DNA of 51,508 bases from NCBI GenBank assembly GCA_051878755.1, contig JBJEKS010000246.1, positions 1 through 51,508 on the forward strand. The letters run 5' to 3'. Below the pieces are notes generated by a model that saw only the letters and a list, made by a program, of their open reading frames with translations, searched no databases and had not been told where the DNA came from. Positions 31,381-42,100 of the stretch are shown here, one piece after another. This DNA comes from Bacteroides sp. (GTDB taxonomy: Bacteria; Bacteroidota; Bacteroidia; Bacteroidales; Bacteroidaceae). Within the stretch, counting starts at the first letter, position 1; the number at the start of each line of letters is the position of its first letter. Made by a program: the position numbers and the translations under genes.

Positions 31381-34300
31381 ATGAAGAACGATAAGATAAA
31401 GAAGGTGCTGCTCCTGGGGTCGGGCGCACTGAAGATTGGCGAGGCCGGTGAGTTCGACTACTCCGGTTCGCAGGCCCTGAAGGCCCTCAAGGAAGAGGGC
31501 ATAGAGACCGTGCTCATCAACCCCAACATTGCCACGGTGCAGACCTCCGAAGGTGTGGCTGATCAGATTTACTTCCTCCCCGTCACCCCCTACTTCGTGG
31601 AGAAGGTCATTGCCAAGGAGCGTCCCGACGGCATTATGCTGGCCTTCGGTGGACAGACGGCACTTAACTGCGGCGTAGCTCTCTACAAGGAGGGCGTGCT
31701 GGAGAAGTATGCCGTGGAGGTGCTCGGCACCCCCGTACAGGCTATCATCGATACTGAAGACCGTGAACTCTTCGTGGAGCGACTCAACGAAATCAACGTC
31801 AAGACCATAAAGAGCGAAGCGGTGGAGAATGCTGAGGATGCCCGTCGCGCTGCGGCAGCCCTGGGTTACCCTGTCATCGTCCGTGCAGCCTATGCCCTGG
31901 GCGGACTGGGCAGCGGTTTCTGCGACAACGAGGAGCAACTCAACGTCCTGGTGGAGAAAGCTTTCAGTTTCTCCCCGCAAGTGCTCGTGGAGAAGTCGCT
32001 CCGGGGCTGGAAAGAGGTGGAGTATGAGGTGGTACGCGATCGCTTCGACAACTGCATCACCGTCTGCAACATGGAGAATTTCGATCCGCTAGGTATTCAT
32101 ACTGGCGAGAGTATCGTTATCGCCCCATCGCAGACGCTCTCCAACACCGACTACCACAAACTGCGCGAGCTAGCCATCCGAATCATTCGCCACGTGGGTA
32201 TCGTGGGCGAGTGCAACGTGCAGTACGCCTATGACCCCCAGAGCGAGGATTACCGCGTTATCGAGGTGAATGCCCGCCTGAGCCGTTCATCTGCTCTCGC
32301 CTCCAAGGCTACGGGCTACCCCCTGGCCTTCGTGGCCGCCAAGCTGGGACTCGGTTATGGCCTTTTCGACTTGAAAAACTCTGTCACTAAGACTACTAGC
32401 GCTTTCTTTGAACCTGCCCTCGACTACGTGGTCTGCAAAATACCGCGTTGGGACCTCGGCAAGTTTCATGGCGTAGATAAGGAACTGGGTTCCAGTATGA
32501 AGTCGGTGGGTGAAGTGATGGCTATCGGACGCACCTTCGAGGAGGCCATTCAGAAGGGTCTCCGCATGATTGGCCAGGGCATGCATGGCTTCGTAGAGAA
32601 TAAGGAGTTGATTATCCCCGACATCGATAAGGCCCTGCGTGAGCCTACCGACAAGCGCATCTTCGTCATCTCCAAGGCATTTCGTGCAGGCTATACCGTT
32701 GATCAGGTACATGAACTCACCAAGATAGACCGCTGGTTCCTCGACAAGCTGATGAACATCATGTGCACCAGCAAGGAGCTGGAGCAGTGGGGAGCTAATC
32801 ACAGACTGCTTACGGATCTGCCTGATGAACTCTTACGCCGTGCCAAGGTGCAGGGATTCAGTGATTTCCAGGTGGCACGTGCCATTGGCTACGAGGGAGA
32901 CCTGGAGGAGGGAGCTCTCGTAATCCGTAACCATCGCAAGCAGCAGGGCATCCTTCCCGTGGTGAAGCAGATAGACACTTTGGCTGCCGAGTACCCTGCG
33001 CAGACCAACTACCTCTATCTGACCTACAGCGGCGAGGAGCATGATGTTCACTATCTGGGTGACCATAAGAGCATCGTGGTGCTCGGCTCGGGTGCCTACC
33101 GCATCGGTTCCAGCGTAGAGTTCGACTGGTGCGGTGTGCAGGCTCTCAATACCATCCGTAGTGAAGGTTATCGTAGCGTGATGATTAACTATAACCCCGA
33201 GACCGTCTCGACCGACTATGACATGTGCGACCGCCTCTATTTCGATGAACTCACCTTCGAGCGCGTGATGGATATCCTCGAACTGGAGCATCCCCACGGT
33301 GTTATCGTTTCCACTGGCGGACAGATTCCCAACAATCTTGCCTTGCGTCTTGACGCGCAGCAGGTGCCTATCCTCGGCACCAGTGCCCAAAGCATCGATA
33401 ATGCTGAGGACCGCGACAAGTTCTCCGCCATGCTTGACCGCATCGGCGTGGATCAGCCCGAATGGAGTGCTCTCACCTCGATGGATGACATTAACCAGTT
33501 TGTTGACAAGGTGGGCTTCCCCGTACTGGTGCGTCCATCTTATGTGCTCAGTGGTGCGGCTATGAACGTTTGTTCCAACCAAGAGGAGTTGGAGCGTTTC
33601 CTCCAGTTGGCCGCTAACGTCTCTAAGAAGCATCCTGTGGTGGTGAGCCAGTTCATCGAACATGCTAAGGAGGTGGAGATGGATGCCGTGGCCCGCGATG
33701 GCGAAATCATCGCTTACGCCATCAGCGAGCACATCGAGTTTGCTGGTGTCCATTCTGGTGATGCCACCATTCAGTTCCCGCCGCAGAAGCTCTATGTGGA
33801 GACCGTGCGTCGTATCAAGCGCATCAGCCGTGAGATAGCCCGCGAGCTCAAGATCTCCGGACCCTTCAACATCCAGTACCTAGCTCGCGACAACGACATC
33901 AAGGTCATCGAGTGCAACCTCCGTGCCTCGCGCAGCTTCCCCTTCGTGAGCAAGGTGCTCAAGATAAACCTCATCGAGCTGGCCACCAAGGTGATGCTCG
34001 GCATTCCCGTAGAGAAACCTGACAAGAACCTCTTCGACCTCGACTACGTGGGCATCAAGGCCAGCCAGTTCTCCTTCAACCGTCTGCAGAAGGCCGACCC
34101 CGTGCTGGGTGTCGATATGGCTTCGACGGGCGAGGTGGGCTGCATAGGCAGCGATACCTCGTGTGCCATCCTCAAGGCGATGCTCTCCGTGGGCTACCGT
34201 GTGCCCCAGAAGAATATCCTCCTCTCCACGGGTACGCCCAAGCAGAAGGTAGAGATGCTCTCGGCAGCCCGTATGCTGCAGCAGAAGGGGTACAAGCTCT

Positions 34301-34611
34301 TCGCCACCGGAGGCAGCAGCAAATTCCTGACAGAGAACGGGGTGGAGAATACGCTGGTCTATTGGCCCAGCGAGGAGGGGCAGCCACAGGCGCTCGACAT
34401 GCTCCACCGCAAGGAGATAGACCTGGTGGTCAACATCCCCAAGAACCTCACGGCCGGTGAGCTGGACAATGGCTACAAGATACGTCGTGCAGCCATCGAC
34501 CTCAACATTCCGCTGATTACCAACGCCCGTCTGGCCAGTGCCTTCATCGGTGCCTTCTGCTCGATGAGCCTTGACGACCTGGCCATCAAGTCGTGGGCTG
34601 AGTACAAGTAA
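31381..34611 (+). CDS. carB: Carbamoyl-phosphate synthase large subunit
   Basis: Motifs LGSGALKIGEAGEFDYSG, IEVNARLSRSSALASKATG and NYNPETVSTDYD; C-terminal MGS domain. Confidence 0.98.
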   Translation: MKNDKIKKVLLLGSGALKIGEAGEFDYSGSQALKALKEEGIETVLINPNIATVQTSEGVADQIYFLPVTPYFVEKVIAKERPDGIMLAFGGQTALNCGVALYKEGVLEKYAVEVLGTPVQAIIDTEDRELFVERLNEINVKTIKSEAVENAEDARRAAAALGYPVIVRAAYALGGLGSGFCDNEEQLNVLVEKAFSFSPQVLVEKSLRGWKEVEYEVVRDRFDNCITVCNMENFDPLGIHTGESIVIAPSQTLSNTDYHKLRELAIRIIRHVGIVGECNVQYAYDPQSEDYRVIEVNARLSRSSALASKATGYPLAFVAAKLGLGYGLFDLKNSVTKTTSAFFEPALDYVVCKIPRWDLGKFHGVDKELGSSMKSVGEVMAIGRTFEEAIQKGLRMIGQGMHGFVENKELIIPDIDKALREPTDKRIFVISKAFRAGYTVDQVHELTKIDRWFLDKLMNIMCTSKELEQWGANHRLLTDLPDELLRRAKVQGFSDFQVARAIGYEGDLEEGALVIRNHRKQQGILPVVKQIDTLAAEYPAQTNYLYLTYSGEEHDVHYLGDHKSIVVLGSGAYRIGSSVEFDWCGVQALNTIRSEGYRSVMINYNPETVSTDYDMCDRLYFDELTFERVMDILELEHPHGVIVSTGGQIPNNLALRLDAQQVPILGTSAQSIDNAEDRDKFSAMLDRIGVDQPEWSALTSMDDINQFVDKVGFPVLVRPSYVLSGAAMNVCSNQEELERFLQLAANVSKKHPVVVSQFIEHAKEVEMDAVARDGEIIAYAISEHIEFAGVHSGDATIQFPPQKLYVETVRRIKRISREIARELKISGPFNIQYLARDNDIKVIECNLRASRSFPFVSKVLKINLIELATKVMLGIPVEKPDKNLFDLDYVGIKASQFSFNRLQKADPVLGVDMASTGEVGCIGSDTSCAILKAMLSVGYRVPQKNILLSTGTPKQKVEMLSAARMLQQKGYKLFATGGSSKFLTENGVENTLVYWPSEEGQPQALDMLHRKEIDLVVNIPKNLTAGELDNGYKIRRAAIDLNIPLITNARLASAFIGAFCSMSLDDLAIKSWAEYK

Positions 34612-34651
34612 GTATGGAGTGACCCGTGTACGAATAAGGTGCGATGACTTA

Positions 34652-35998
34652 TTAAGAAATACAACGTATGATGACCGCTTCCTGCGTCGAGGCATCGATG
34701 CGGAAGCGGTTGTCTATACGGCGCCCTACCACCCAGACGATATCCTCTCCGCAGCAGAGTACGTACTGCTGCCTTTTATGATGGAGCGGCACCTTGCAAT
34801 CCGTGAGGTAGTCGCTCAATTTTTTGCGTCCCTTCATACCTAGAGGGATGAACCAGTCGCCTTTGCGACAGAGGCGAAGGGTGAGGGGAGAGGTCAGCTT
34901 AGTGCTGTCCAGGCAAGCCACTTGGGGCGAGCGTGGTGGTTCGTATCCTTCGGTTAGGGTTATGCGTTCCTCCTCCAGGTGGGGTGGGGTAGGTGGTACC
35001 GATGGTTCGATGTAGAGCAGGTCGCGGTCCTTCACGGCCAGATGGCTCTTGCTGTAGAAAATACGTCCCGAGGGACCGCTGAGCGCCTGGAATAGGCCCC
35101 GCTCCTGTGCGTTGTTGAAGCCTCGTGGAGCCAGCAGTTCATGGAGTAGGGCTTGTGGTGAGGGGGTGGACAACAGCTCCGATATGCGTATCTGGAGGAC
35201 ATTTTGGGTCTCATGGGCTGTGGAAGTGATTTCTGAGGAGGGAATGGATGCAGATGTGGGTAGGGTGATGAGCTGACGGAGCTGCGCATTGGCGGCGTAA
35301 TGGTAGAGGGTGGCCGCTTGGCGCAAGTGCTCCATGGTGTCGCTCAACGCGTTGCGCACCGAAGGGGTAATCTGCTCCATCAGCGGCAACAGGTGGAGGC
35401 GTATCTTGTTGCGCAGGTAGTGGTCCTCCAGATTGGTGCTGTCGGTCACGTAGGGTTGCTGGATGGTGTCGAGGCATTTCAGCACCTCCTGATGGGTCAG
35501 ACAGAGCAGTGGGCGCACCACGTTACCATGCTTTGGCGCGATGCCCGTCAGTCCGTCGATACCCGTGCCGCGCAACAGGTTGATGAGCATGGTTTCCAGG
35601 CTGTCATCGCGGTGGTGAGCCACGGCCACGGCTTGCAATCTCCGTTCACCTATGAGCTGTGTGAACCAGTCATAGCGTAGCTTCCTGGCTGCCATTTCTA
35701 TGGAGAGATGCTGTTGAGCGGCGTAGTGCAGCGTGTCCAGTCGTACGGTGTGTAGCGTTACTTGCAGTTCACTGCAGAGTGTGCGTACAAACAACTCGTC
35801 GCGTTCCGACTCCTCGCCTCTCAGTTGGAAGTTGCAGTGGGCTGCCTCACATCGGTAGCCCAGGGAGAGCAGCAGACGCAGCAGTGCTACCGAGTCGCTT
35901 CCTCCGCTCAGTGCCACCAGTACCCCCTCTACCTTGTTCAGAAGGCCGTTGGTTTGGATAAACAGCTCCACACGCCGTACGTAATCTTCGTATTTCAT
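34652..35998 (-). CDS. tilS: tRNA(Ile)-lysidine synthetase
   Basis: PP-loop VALSGGSDS; motifs AHHRDD, LLRGTG, VRPLL, DSTN, RNKIR and C-terminal GRKKLSDYL. Start at ATG 35998, downstream of TAGTTTTG at 36035-36042. Confidence 0.95.
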   Translation of the reverse strand: MKYEDYVRRVELFIQTNGLLNKVEGVLVALSGGSDSVALLRLLLSLGYRCEAAHCNFQLRGEESERDELFVRTLCSELQVTLHTVRLDTLHYAAQQHLSIEMAARKLRYDWFTQLIGERRLQAVAVAHHRDDSLETMLINLLRGTGIDGLTGIAPKHGNVVRPLLCLTHQEVLKCLDTIQQPYVTDSTNLEDHYLRNKIRLHLLPLMEQITPSVRNALSDTMEHLRQAATLYHYAANAQLRQLITLPTSASIPSSEITSTAHETQNVLQIRISELLSTPSPQALLHELLAPRGFNNAQERGLFQALSGPSGRIFYSKSHLAVKDRDLLYIEPSVPPTPPHLEEERITLTEGYEPPRSPQVACLDSTKLTSPLTLRLCRKGDWFIPLGMKGRKKLSDYLTDCKVPLHHKRQQYVLCCGEDIVWVVGRRIDNRFRIDASTQEAVIIRCIS

Positions 35999-36227
35999 TG
36001 TCCTTTTTTCGCAAAATAATGTTTGTAGCCACCGCAAAACTACAAAATAATTTGGGATTTTGAAGAAAGCAGAATAAAATAGTTGTTCTCTTAAAAGAAA
36101 TAAACTATTTTTGCACGGCATACAAGGTTTCATGTTTGTAGGAGCGGAATGGTTGCGCTGCACTACGGAAAGGACGAAGCCTCTATGTGTTTTAATTTTT
36201 AGTTTATAATATTTTAGTTTAAATAGA

Positions 36228-37145
36228 ATGTCTTTTTCCCGCATACTCCTTCTCTTTTGCCTTATGGCATGCATGTTTACGGCCCAGGCTCAGCGTCGCA
36301 ACAGCCGCTATAACGACTACATCCGTCAGTACGCTCCCTTAGCTGTGGAACAGATGAAGCGTTACAAAATTCCGGCAAGCATCACCCTCTCGCAGGGACT
36401 CCTGGAAAGTGGTGCGGGAATGAGCACCCTGGCACGCAAAAGCAATAACCACTTCGGTATCAAGTGCCACAGCAACTGGCGTGGCCGTCGGGTCTATCAT
36501 GATGACGATGCCCGCGGCGAGTGCTTCCGTGCTTACGGTCATCCACGCGACTCTTACGAGGACCACTCTCTCTTCCTTCGTCAAGGGCAGCGCTATGCTT
36601 TCCTCTTCAATCTCAAGATTACAGACTATCGTGGCTGGGCCAAGGGGCTTAAGAAGGCCGGATATGCTACTGACCCATCATATGCCAACCGTCTGATAAC
36701 CATCATAGAGGATTACGAGCTATACAAATATGATTCTGAAGGTCTGGGCAAGCGCAGTGCTCGTCAATGGGCGAAGGAACTCAAGAAGAAACCCTGGCTG
36801 CTCAATCCGCATAAGGTTTACCTGGCCAACGGCATAGCCTACGTCGTGGCCCGTAGCGGCGATGACTTCCGTATACTTGCCAAGGAACTTGGTATTAGTT
36901 GGAAGAAACTAGTCAAGTACAACGACCTCCACCGCGATTATACTTTGGAGGATGGTGATATCATTTATCTGAAAGAGAAGAATAAGAAGGCTACAAAGCA
37001 GTACCCCTACCACATCGTGCGCGATGGTGACTCCATGCACAGCATCTCGCAGCGTTACGGTATCCGTCTGAAGAACCTCTACAAGATGAACCACAAGGAC
37101 GGAGAGTACGTGCCTGAGGTGGGTGACCGTCTCCGTCTGCGGTAA
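36228..37145 (+). CDS. GH73 glucosaminidase with LysM domain(s), peptidoglycan hydrolase
   Basis: Signal peptide; motifs IPASITLSQGLLES, NNHFGIKC and GYATDPSYA; LysM (HIVRDGDSMHSISQRYGI). Promoter element TATTTTTG at 36106-36113. Confidence 0.92.
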   Translation: MSFSRILLLFCLMACMFTAQAQRRNSRYNDYIRQYAPLAVEQMKRYKIPASITLSQGLLESGAGMSTLARKSNNHFGIKCHSNWRGRRVYHDDDARGECFRAYGHPRDSYEDHSLFLRQGQRYAFLFNLKITDYRGWAKGLKKAGYATDPSYANRLITIIEDYELYKYDSEGLGKRSARQWAKELKKKPWLLNPHKVYLANGIAYVVARSGDDFRILAKELGISWKKLVKYNDLHRDYTLEDGDIIYLKEKNKKATKQYPYHIVRDGDSMHSISQRYGIRLKNLYKMNHKDGEYVPEVGDRLRLR

Positions 37146-37225
37146 ATACTATATCCAATATTTGTATCAATCCCTACAACAGCTGTTTTTTTGGGCGTGG
37201 GAAATTCTAGTAACATAAACGAAAA

Positions 37226-37663
37226 ATGGGCAATATCAAGATTCGTAAAGGAGTGTTCGACACACAACTGGAGCTGGAACATGCGTCGGTGGTTGCGGGA
37301 TTCCCCTCGCCGGCAGATGACTACCGTCATGAGACGCTCGATTTCAACCGTGACTATATCCGGCATCCTGAGGCCTCGTTTTACGGCGATGTGGAGGGTG
37401 ACTCGATGAAGGATGCGGGTATTTTTGATGGTGACCGCGTCATTATCGACCGTGCCGTGGAGCCACACAATGGATCCATCGTTGTGGCCTTTTGGAACGG
37501 TGAGTTTACTATGAAGTACCTCGACTTGACGCACCGACGCGAGGGGTACATCGAGCTGCGACCAGCCAATCCGGACTATCCGGTCTTCAAGGTGGAGGAG
37601 GAAAGCCACTTTGAAGTGTGGGGAGTGGTGGTTCACCTTATCCGCACGTTCGAGAAATTCTGA
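37226..37663 (+). CDS. umuD: UmuD-like S24 peptidase (DNA polymerase V accessory subunit)
   Basis: Autocleavage site VAG/FPSPA, catalytic Ser in GDSM, Lys in FTMK, and WGVV. Confidence 0.92.
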   Translation: MGNIKIRKGVFDTQLELEHASVVAGFPSPADDYRHETLDFNRDYIRHPEASFYGDVEGDSMKDAGIFDGDRVIIDRAVEPHNGSIVVAFWNGEFTMKYLDLTHRREGYIELRPANPDYPVFKVEEESHFEVWGVVVHLIRTFEKF

Positions 37664-37692
37664 TTTTCACCAAATAACAAAGCTAAGAAGAC

Positions 37693-38988
37693 ATGTACGG
37701 TATCATCGACTGTGACAACTGCTACGTATCGTGCGAACGGGTGTTCCGCCCTGACCTGGAGGGGGTGCCTGTGGTGGTGCTGTCGAACAACGATGGCTGT
37801 GTGGTGGCGCGTAGCAATGAGGCTAAGGCCTTGGGCGTGAAGGCTGGTACTCCCTTTTTTCAGTTAGCGCAGCTTTTTCCCAAAGCGAGGATTGAGGTCT
37901 TCTCCTCCAACTATGAGCTCTATGGCGAAATGACAGGGCGCGTGGTTTCCATCATTCGTGACGAGGCACCCGCTTTCTTCCGCTACTCCATAGATGAGTG
38001 TTTTGTCTATTTCCAGGGCGTGGAGGGTATTGACCTCAAGGCCTGGGGCGAGGCGCTCTACTGCAAGATTAAGCGCTGGGTGGGGATGCCTGTGAGCATC
38101 GGACTGGCACCCAACAAAACGCTGGCTAAGGTGGCGAGCCACTACGCCAAACGTTATCCGGGTTACCATCATTGCTGTCTTATTGACTCGGAGGAGAAGC
38201 GCATCAAGGCGCTGCAACAATATCCCGTGAGCGAGGTATGGGGCGTGGGAAGGCGCTATGCGGCTCGACTAGCAGACTACGGCGTGAAGACGGCCTACGA
38301 CTTTGCGCAGCTGCACGGTGACTTCGTGCGCGCGGTCTTTAACAATGTGGTTATCTACCGCACGTGGGCTGAGCTTAACGGCCACGATTGTGTGCCTAAC
38401 GAGGAGTATGCTCGGAAGAAGAGCATCTGCACGAGCCGAAGTTTCGGCACGATGGTATCCGACCTGCAGGGACTCAGTACTCACGTTGCTAACTTTGCTG
38501 CGCGCTGTGCGGAGAAGCTCCGTGCGCAGCACACGGTGGCTCAGGTGGTGGGGGTATTTATCCACACCAATCCCTTTCGCGAGGACTTAGGTCAGTACTG
38601 GAGCTTCGAAGAGGAGCGGCTTCTTACGCCATCGAATGCCACGCTCACCATCGTTCAGGCAGCGCAGAGGGCCCTGCAACGCATCTTCCGTGAGGGGTAT
38701 CACTACAAGAAGGCGGGGGTCATCGTGATGGGCATTATAGAAGACACGCCGATACAGCACGATTTCTTCGACCTTCAGCCTGAGCAATACGAGCGGCTGC
38801 AGCGGCTTGACCAGGCGGTGGACTGCATCAACCGCCTCTATGGTACGGAGACGCTGGTCTTCGGTTCACAACAGTACACGGCACTAGGAGGCGATGGTAA
38901 GGCCGGTGTCTTTGCCGATGCCATCAAGCACGAGCACCGCAGCCCTAATCCCACTACCCGCTGGTGCGACGTGATGAAGCTGAAGTAA
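37693..38988 (+). CDS. umuC: Y-family DNA polymerase UmuC
   Basis: Motifs [52 protein letters not shown] and C-terminal SPNPTTRW. Confidence 0.94.
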   Translation: MYGIIDCDNCYVSCERVFRPDLEGVPVVVLSNNDGCVVARSNEAKALGVKAGTPFFQLAQLFPKARIEVFSSNYELYGEMTGRVVSIIRDEAPAFFRYSIDECFVYFQGVEGIDLKAWGEALYCKIKRWVGMPVSIGLAPNKTLAKVASHYAKRYPGYHHCCLIDSEEKRIKALQQYPVSEVWGVGRRYAARLADYGVKTAYDFAQLHGDFVRAVFNNVVIYRTWAELNGHDCVPNEEYARKKSICTSRSFGTMVSDLQGLSTHVANFAARCAEKLRAQHTVAQVVGVFIHTNPFREDLGQYWSFEEERLLTPSNATLTIVQAAQRALQRIFREGYHYKKAGVIVMGIIEDTPIQHDFFDLQPEQYERLQRLDQAVDCINRLYGTETLVFGSQQYTALGGDGKAGVFADAIKHEHRSPNPTTRWCDVMKLK

Positions 38989-38993
38989 ACAAG

Positions 38994-39046
38994 AAAGGAC
39001 GCATCCCATTGCACGGAAGTTCGTGCGGCGGGGTGCGTCCCTTTTT
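38994..39046. terminator. Terminator between convergent umuC and nifJ
   Basis: GGACGCATCCC...GGGGTGCGTCC stem flanked by AAA and CTTTTT. A second hairpin CTGAGCTGA/TCAGCTCAG lies at 39061-39084. Confidence 0.8.
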
Positions 39047-39100
39047 ATGTTTATAAGCTGCTGAGCTGAGGTTAATCAGCTCAGACAAGCTTACAGTGCA

Positions 39101-42100
39101 TTACTTGCTCCAATCCATTTTGGTCATGCGGACGTAGCTCTGGTAGCGCTTCTTGGCCATCTCCTCGCAAGCGTTGAAGAGGTCGGCTGCCTCAGTGGGA
39201 TACTGCTTCATGACTGAAGCGAAGCGTACTTCGCCCTTCAGGTAATCCTGGAAGCCTTCCCATGCGGGCTCCTTGGAGTCGAGCGTGAACGGATTCTTGC
39301 CCTCTTCTTCCAGAGCGGGGTTAAAGCGCCACAGGTGCCAGTAACCGCAAGCTACGGCAGCAGCCTCTTCGGCCTGGGCCTTGCCCATACCCTTCTTCAG
39401 ACCGTGGTTGATACAGGGTGCATAGGCAATGATGATGGACGGACCGGGATAAGCCTCAGCCTCGCGGATAGCCTTCAGGCACTGCGACTGGTCAGCACCC
39501 ATTGCAATCTGTGCAACATATACATAGCCGTAGGTCGTAGCAATCATACCCAGGTCTTTCTTGCGCACGCGCTTACCGGAAGCGGCAAACTTAGCGATGG
39601 CGCCGAGCGGAGTAGCCTTAGATGACTGACCGCCGGTGTTAGAATAAACCTCGGTGTCGAGTACCAGGATGTTGACATCCTCGCCCGATGCGATGACGTG
39701 GTCGAGACCACCGTAACCGATATCGTAAGAGGCACCGTCACCACCAATGATCCACTGGCTGCGCTTAACCAGGTAGTGGCTCAGCTCCTTCAGCTGCTTG
39801 CAAGCCTCGCAACCCTTCTCGGCACCAGCCTCGATGAAGGGCAGCAATTTGGCGGCAGCGGCCTTGCTGGCATCGGCGTTGTCCTTACCGGCAATCCACT
39901 CTTCGGCAGCTGCCTTGTAGTCAGCAGGAGCAGCCTCATTGGCGATAACCTCCTTCAGCAGAGCCTCGATGCGGGCACGCATCTTCTTGTTGGCCAACGT
40001 CATACCAAGACCAAATTCGCAGAAGTCCTCAAACAGGGAGTTAGCCCATGCAGGACCCTGTCCCTTCTCGTTGGTGGTATAGGGAGTAGAAGGAATTGAA
40101 CCAGAGTAGATAGAAGAGCAACCCGTAGCGTTGGCTACGATTTCGCGGTCACCGAAGAGCTGTGAAATCAGCTTCACATACGGCGTCTCACCGCAACCCG
40201 AGCAAGCGCCCGAGAACTCAAACAGCGGCGTAGCAAACTGCGATACGCGGGGATTCGACTTGATATCCACGAGGTCTTGCTTGCTCTTCACGTTCTTCAC
40301 CAGGTAGTCCCAGTTGGCAGCCTCGCCCAGTTCGCCTTCCAGCGGAACCATCTTCAGGGCAGGACCAGTCTTGGGCAGACCTGGACATACATCGACGCAG
40401 TTGCCGCAACCCAGGCAGTCCATGACACCTACCTGCATACGGAACTTCATGCCCTTCAGTGCAGCGGGAGCCTTTACTTCGAGTGTAGCGGCGTTCAAGC
40501 CGGCAGCCTCCTGCTCGTCCATGACGAACGGACGGATACAAGCGTGAGGACATACGAAAGCACACTTGTTACACTGGCTGCAGTTCTCAGCTGTCCATAC
40601 GGGTACAAAGGCAGCTACACCGCGCTTCTCGTAAGCTGCAGTGCCCTGCGGCCAGGTACCATCCTCGATGCCCTTGAAGGCGCTCACGGGCAGCAGGTCG
40701 CCATTCTGTGCGTTGATGGGACGAACTACCTCGTTGATGAAGGCGGGATCGTCGTTGGCAGCCTTCTCGTCAGCAGGCAGGTTGCTCCAAGCGGCATCCA
40801 CGGGGAGCTGCTTGTATTCACCACCGCGGTCCACGGCTGCATAGTTCTTGTTCACCACGTCTTCACCCTTCTTGCCGTAAGACTTCACGATGAACTTCTT
40901 CATCTGCTCGATAGCCAGGTCAACAGGGATAACGCCGGTGATACGGAAGAAGGCACTCTGCAGGATAGTGTTGGTGCGGTTGCCCAGACCAATCTCCTGT
41001 GCAATCTTCGTAGCGTTGATGTAATATACAGAGATGTTGTTGTCAGCGAAGTACTTTTTCACGTTGTTGGGCAGGTTCTTGGCCAGCTCCTCGCCCTCCC
41101 AGATGGTGTTGAGCAGGAAGGTACCGTTCTTCTGCAGACCGCGCGTCACGTCGTACATGTGCAGGTATGCCTGTACGTGGCAAGCCACGAAGTTGGGCGT
41201 ATTAACCAGGTAAGTAGAACGGATGGGGCTGTCGCCGAAACGCAGGTGAGAGCAGGTGAAGCCACCTGACTTCTTCGAGTCGTAAGAGAAGTAAGCCTGA
41301 CAGTGCTTGTTGGTGTTGTCACCAATGATTTTTACGGAGTTCTTGTTGGCACCTACCGTACCGTCAGCGCCGAGGCCATAGAACTTGGCTTCGAACATGC
41401 CGGCACCACCCAGTGCAATCTCCTCCTTCTGGGGCAGTGAGGTGAACGTTACATCGTCCACGATACCTACAGTGAAGTGGTTCTTGGGTTCGGGCAAGCC
41501 GAGGTTCTCATATACAGCCAGAATCTGAGCGGGCGTAGTGTCGTTAGAACCCAGACCGTAACGGCCACCTACGATGACGGGAGCATCGGCCTGGCCATAG
41601 AAGCAGTCCTTTACGTCGAGGTAGAGGGGTTCGCCGTTGGCACCGGGCTCCTTCGTGCGGTCGAGCACGGCAATGCGCTTGGCCGTCTTGGGCACAGCAG
41701 CCAGGAAGTGCTTGGCTGAGAAGGGACGGTAGAGGTGAACAGCTACCAAGCCCACCTTCTCGCCCTGGGCGGTCAGGTAGTCGATGACTTCGCGGATGGC
41801 CTCCGTTACAGAGCCCATGGCGATGATGACGCGCTCAGCATCGGGAGCACCGTAGTAGTCGAACAGACCATACTGGCGACCGGTAATCTTGCTGATTTCG
41901 TTCATGTACTCCTCCACGATGGCGGGAACGGCATCGTAGTAGTTGTTGCAGCTCTCGCGGTGAGTGAAGAAGGTGTCGGGATTTTCGGCCATACCGCGGG
42001 CAACGGGATGCTCGGGGCTCAGGGCACGGCTGCGGAATTCAGCCAGAGCCTTCTGGTCGATGAGCGGAGCCAGGTCGTCGTTCTCCAGCATTTCAATCTT

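Noticed and set aside
35999-36274. N-terminal extension of TilS in the ORF track, and similar extensions of gltB, the hydrolase, pel, the AAA ATPase and the ATP-grasp gene
   Set aside because: The extensions cross promoter elements or neighbouring genes and lack family motifs; downstream ATGs fit better.
37226-38988. umuDC as a marker of a prophage or ICE
   Set aside because: It is flanked by housekeeping genes, with no integrase, att-like repeat or transfer gene.
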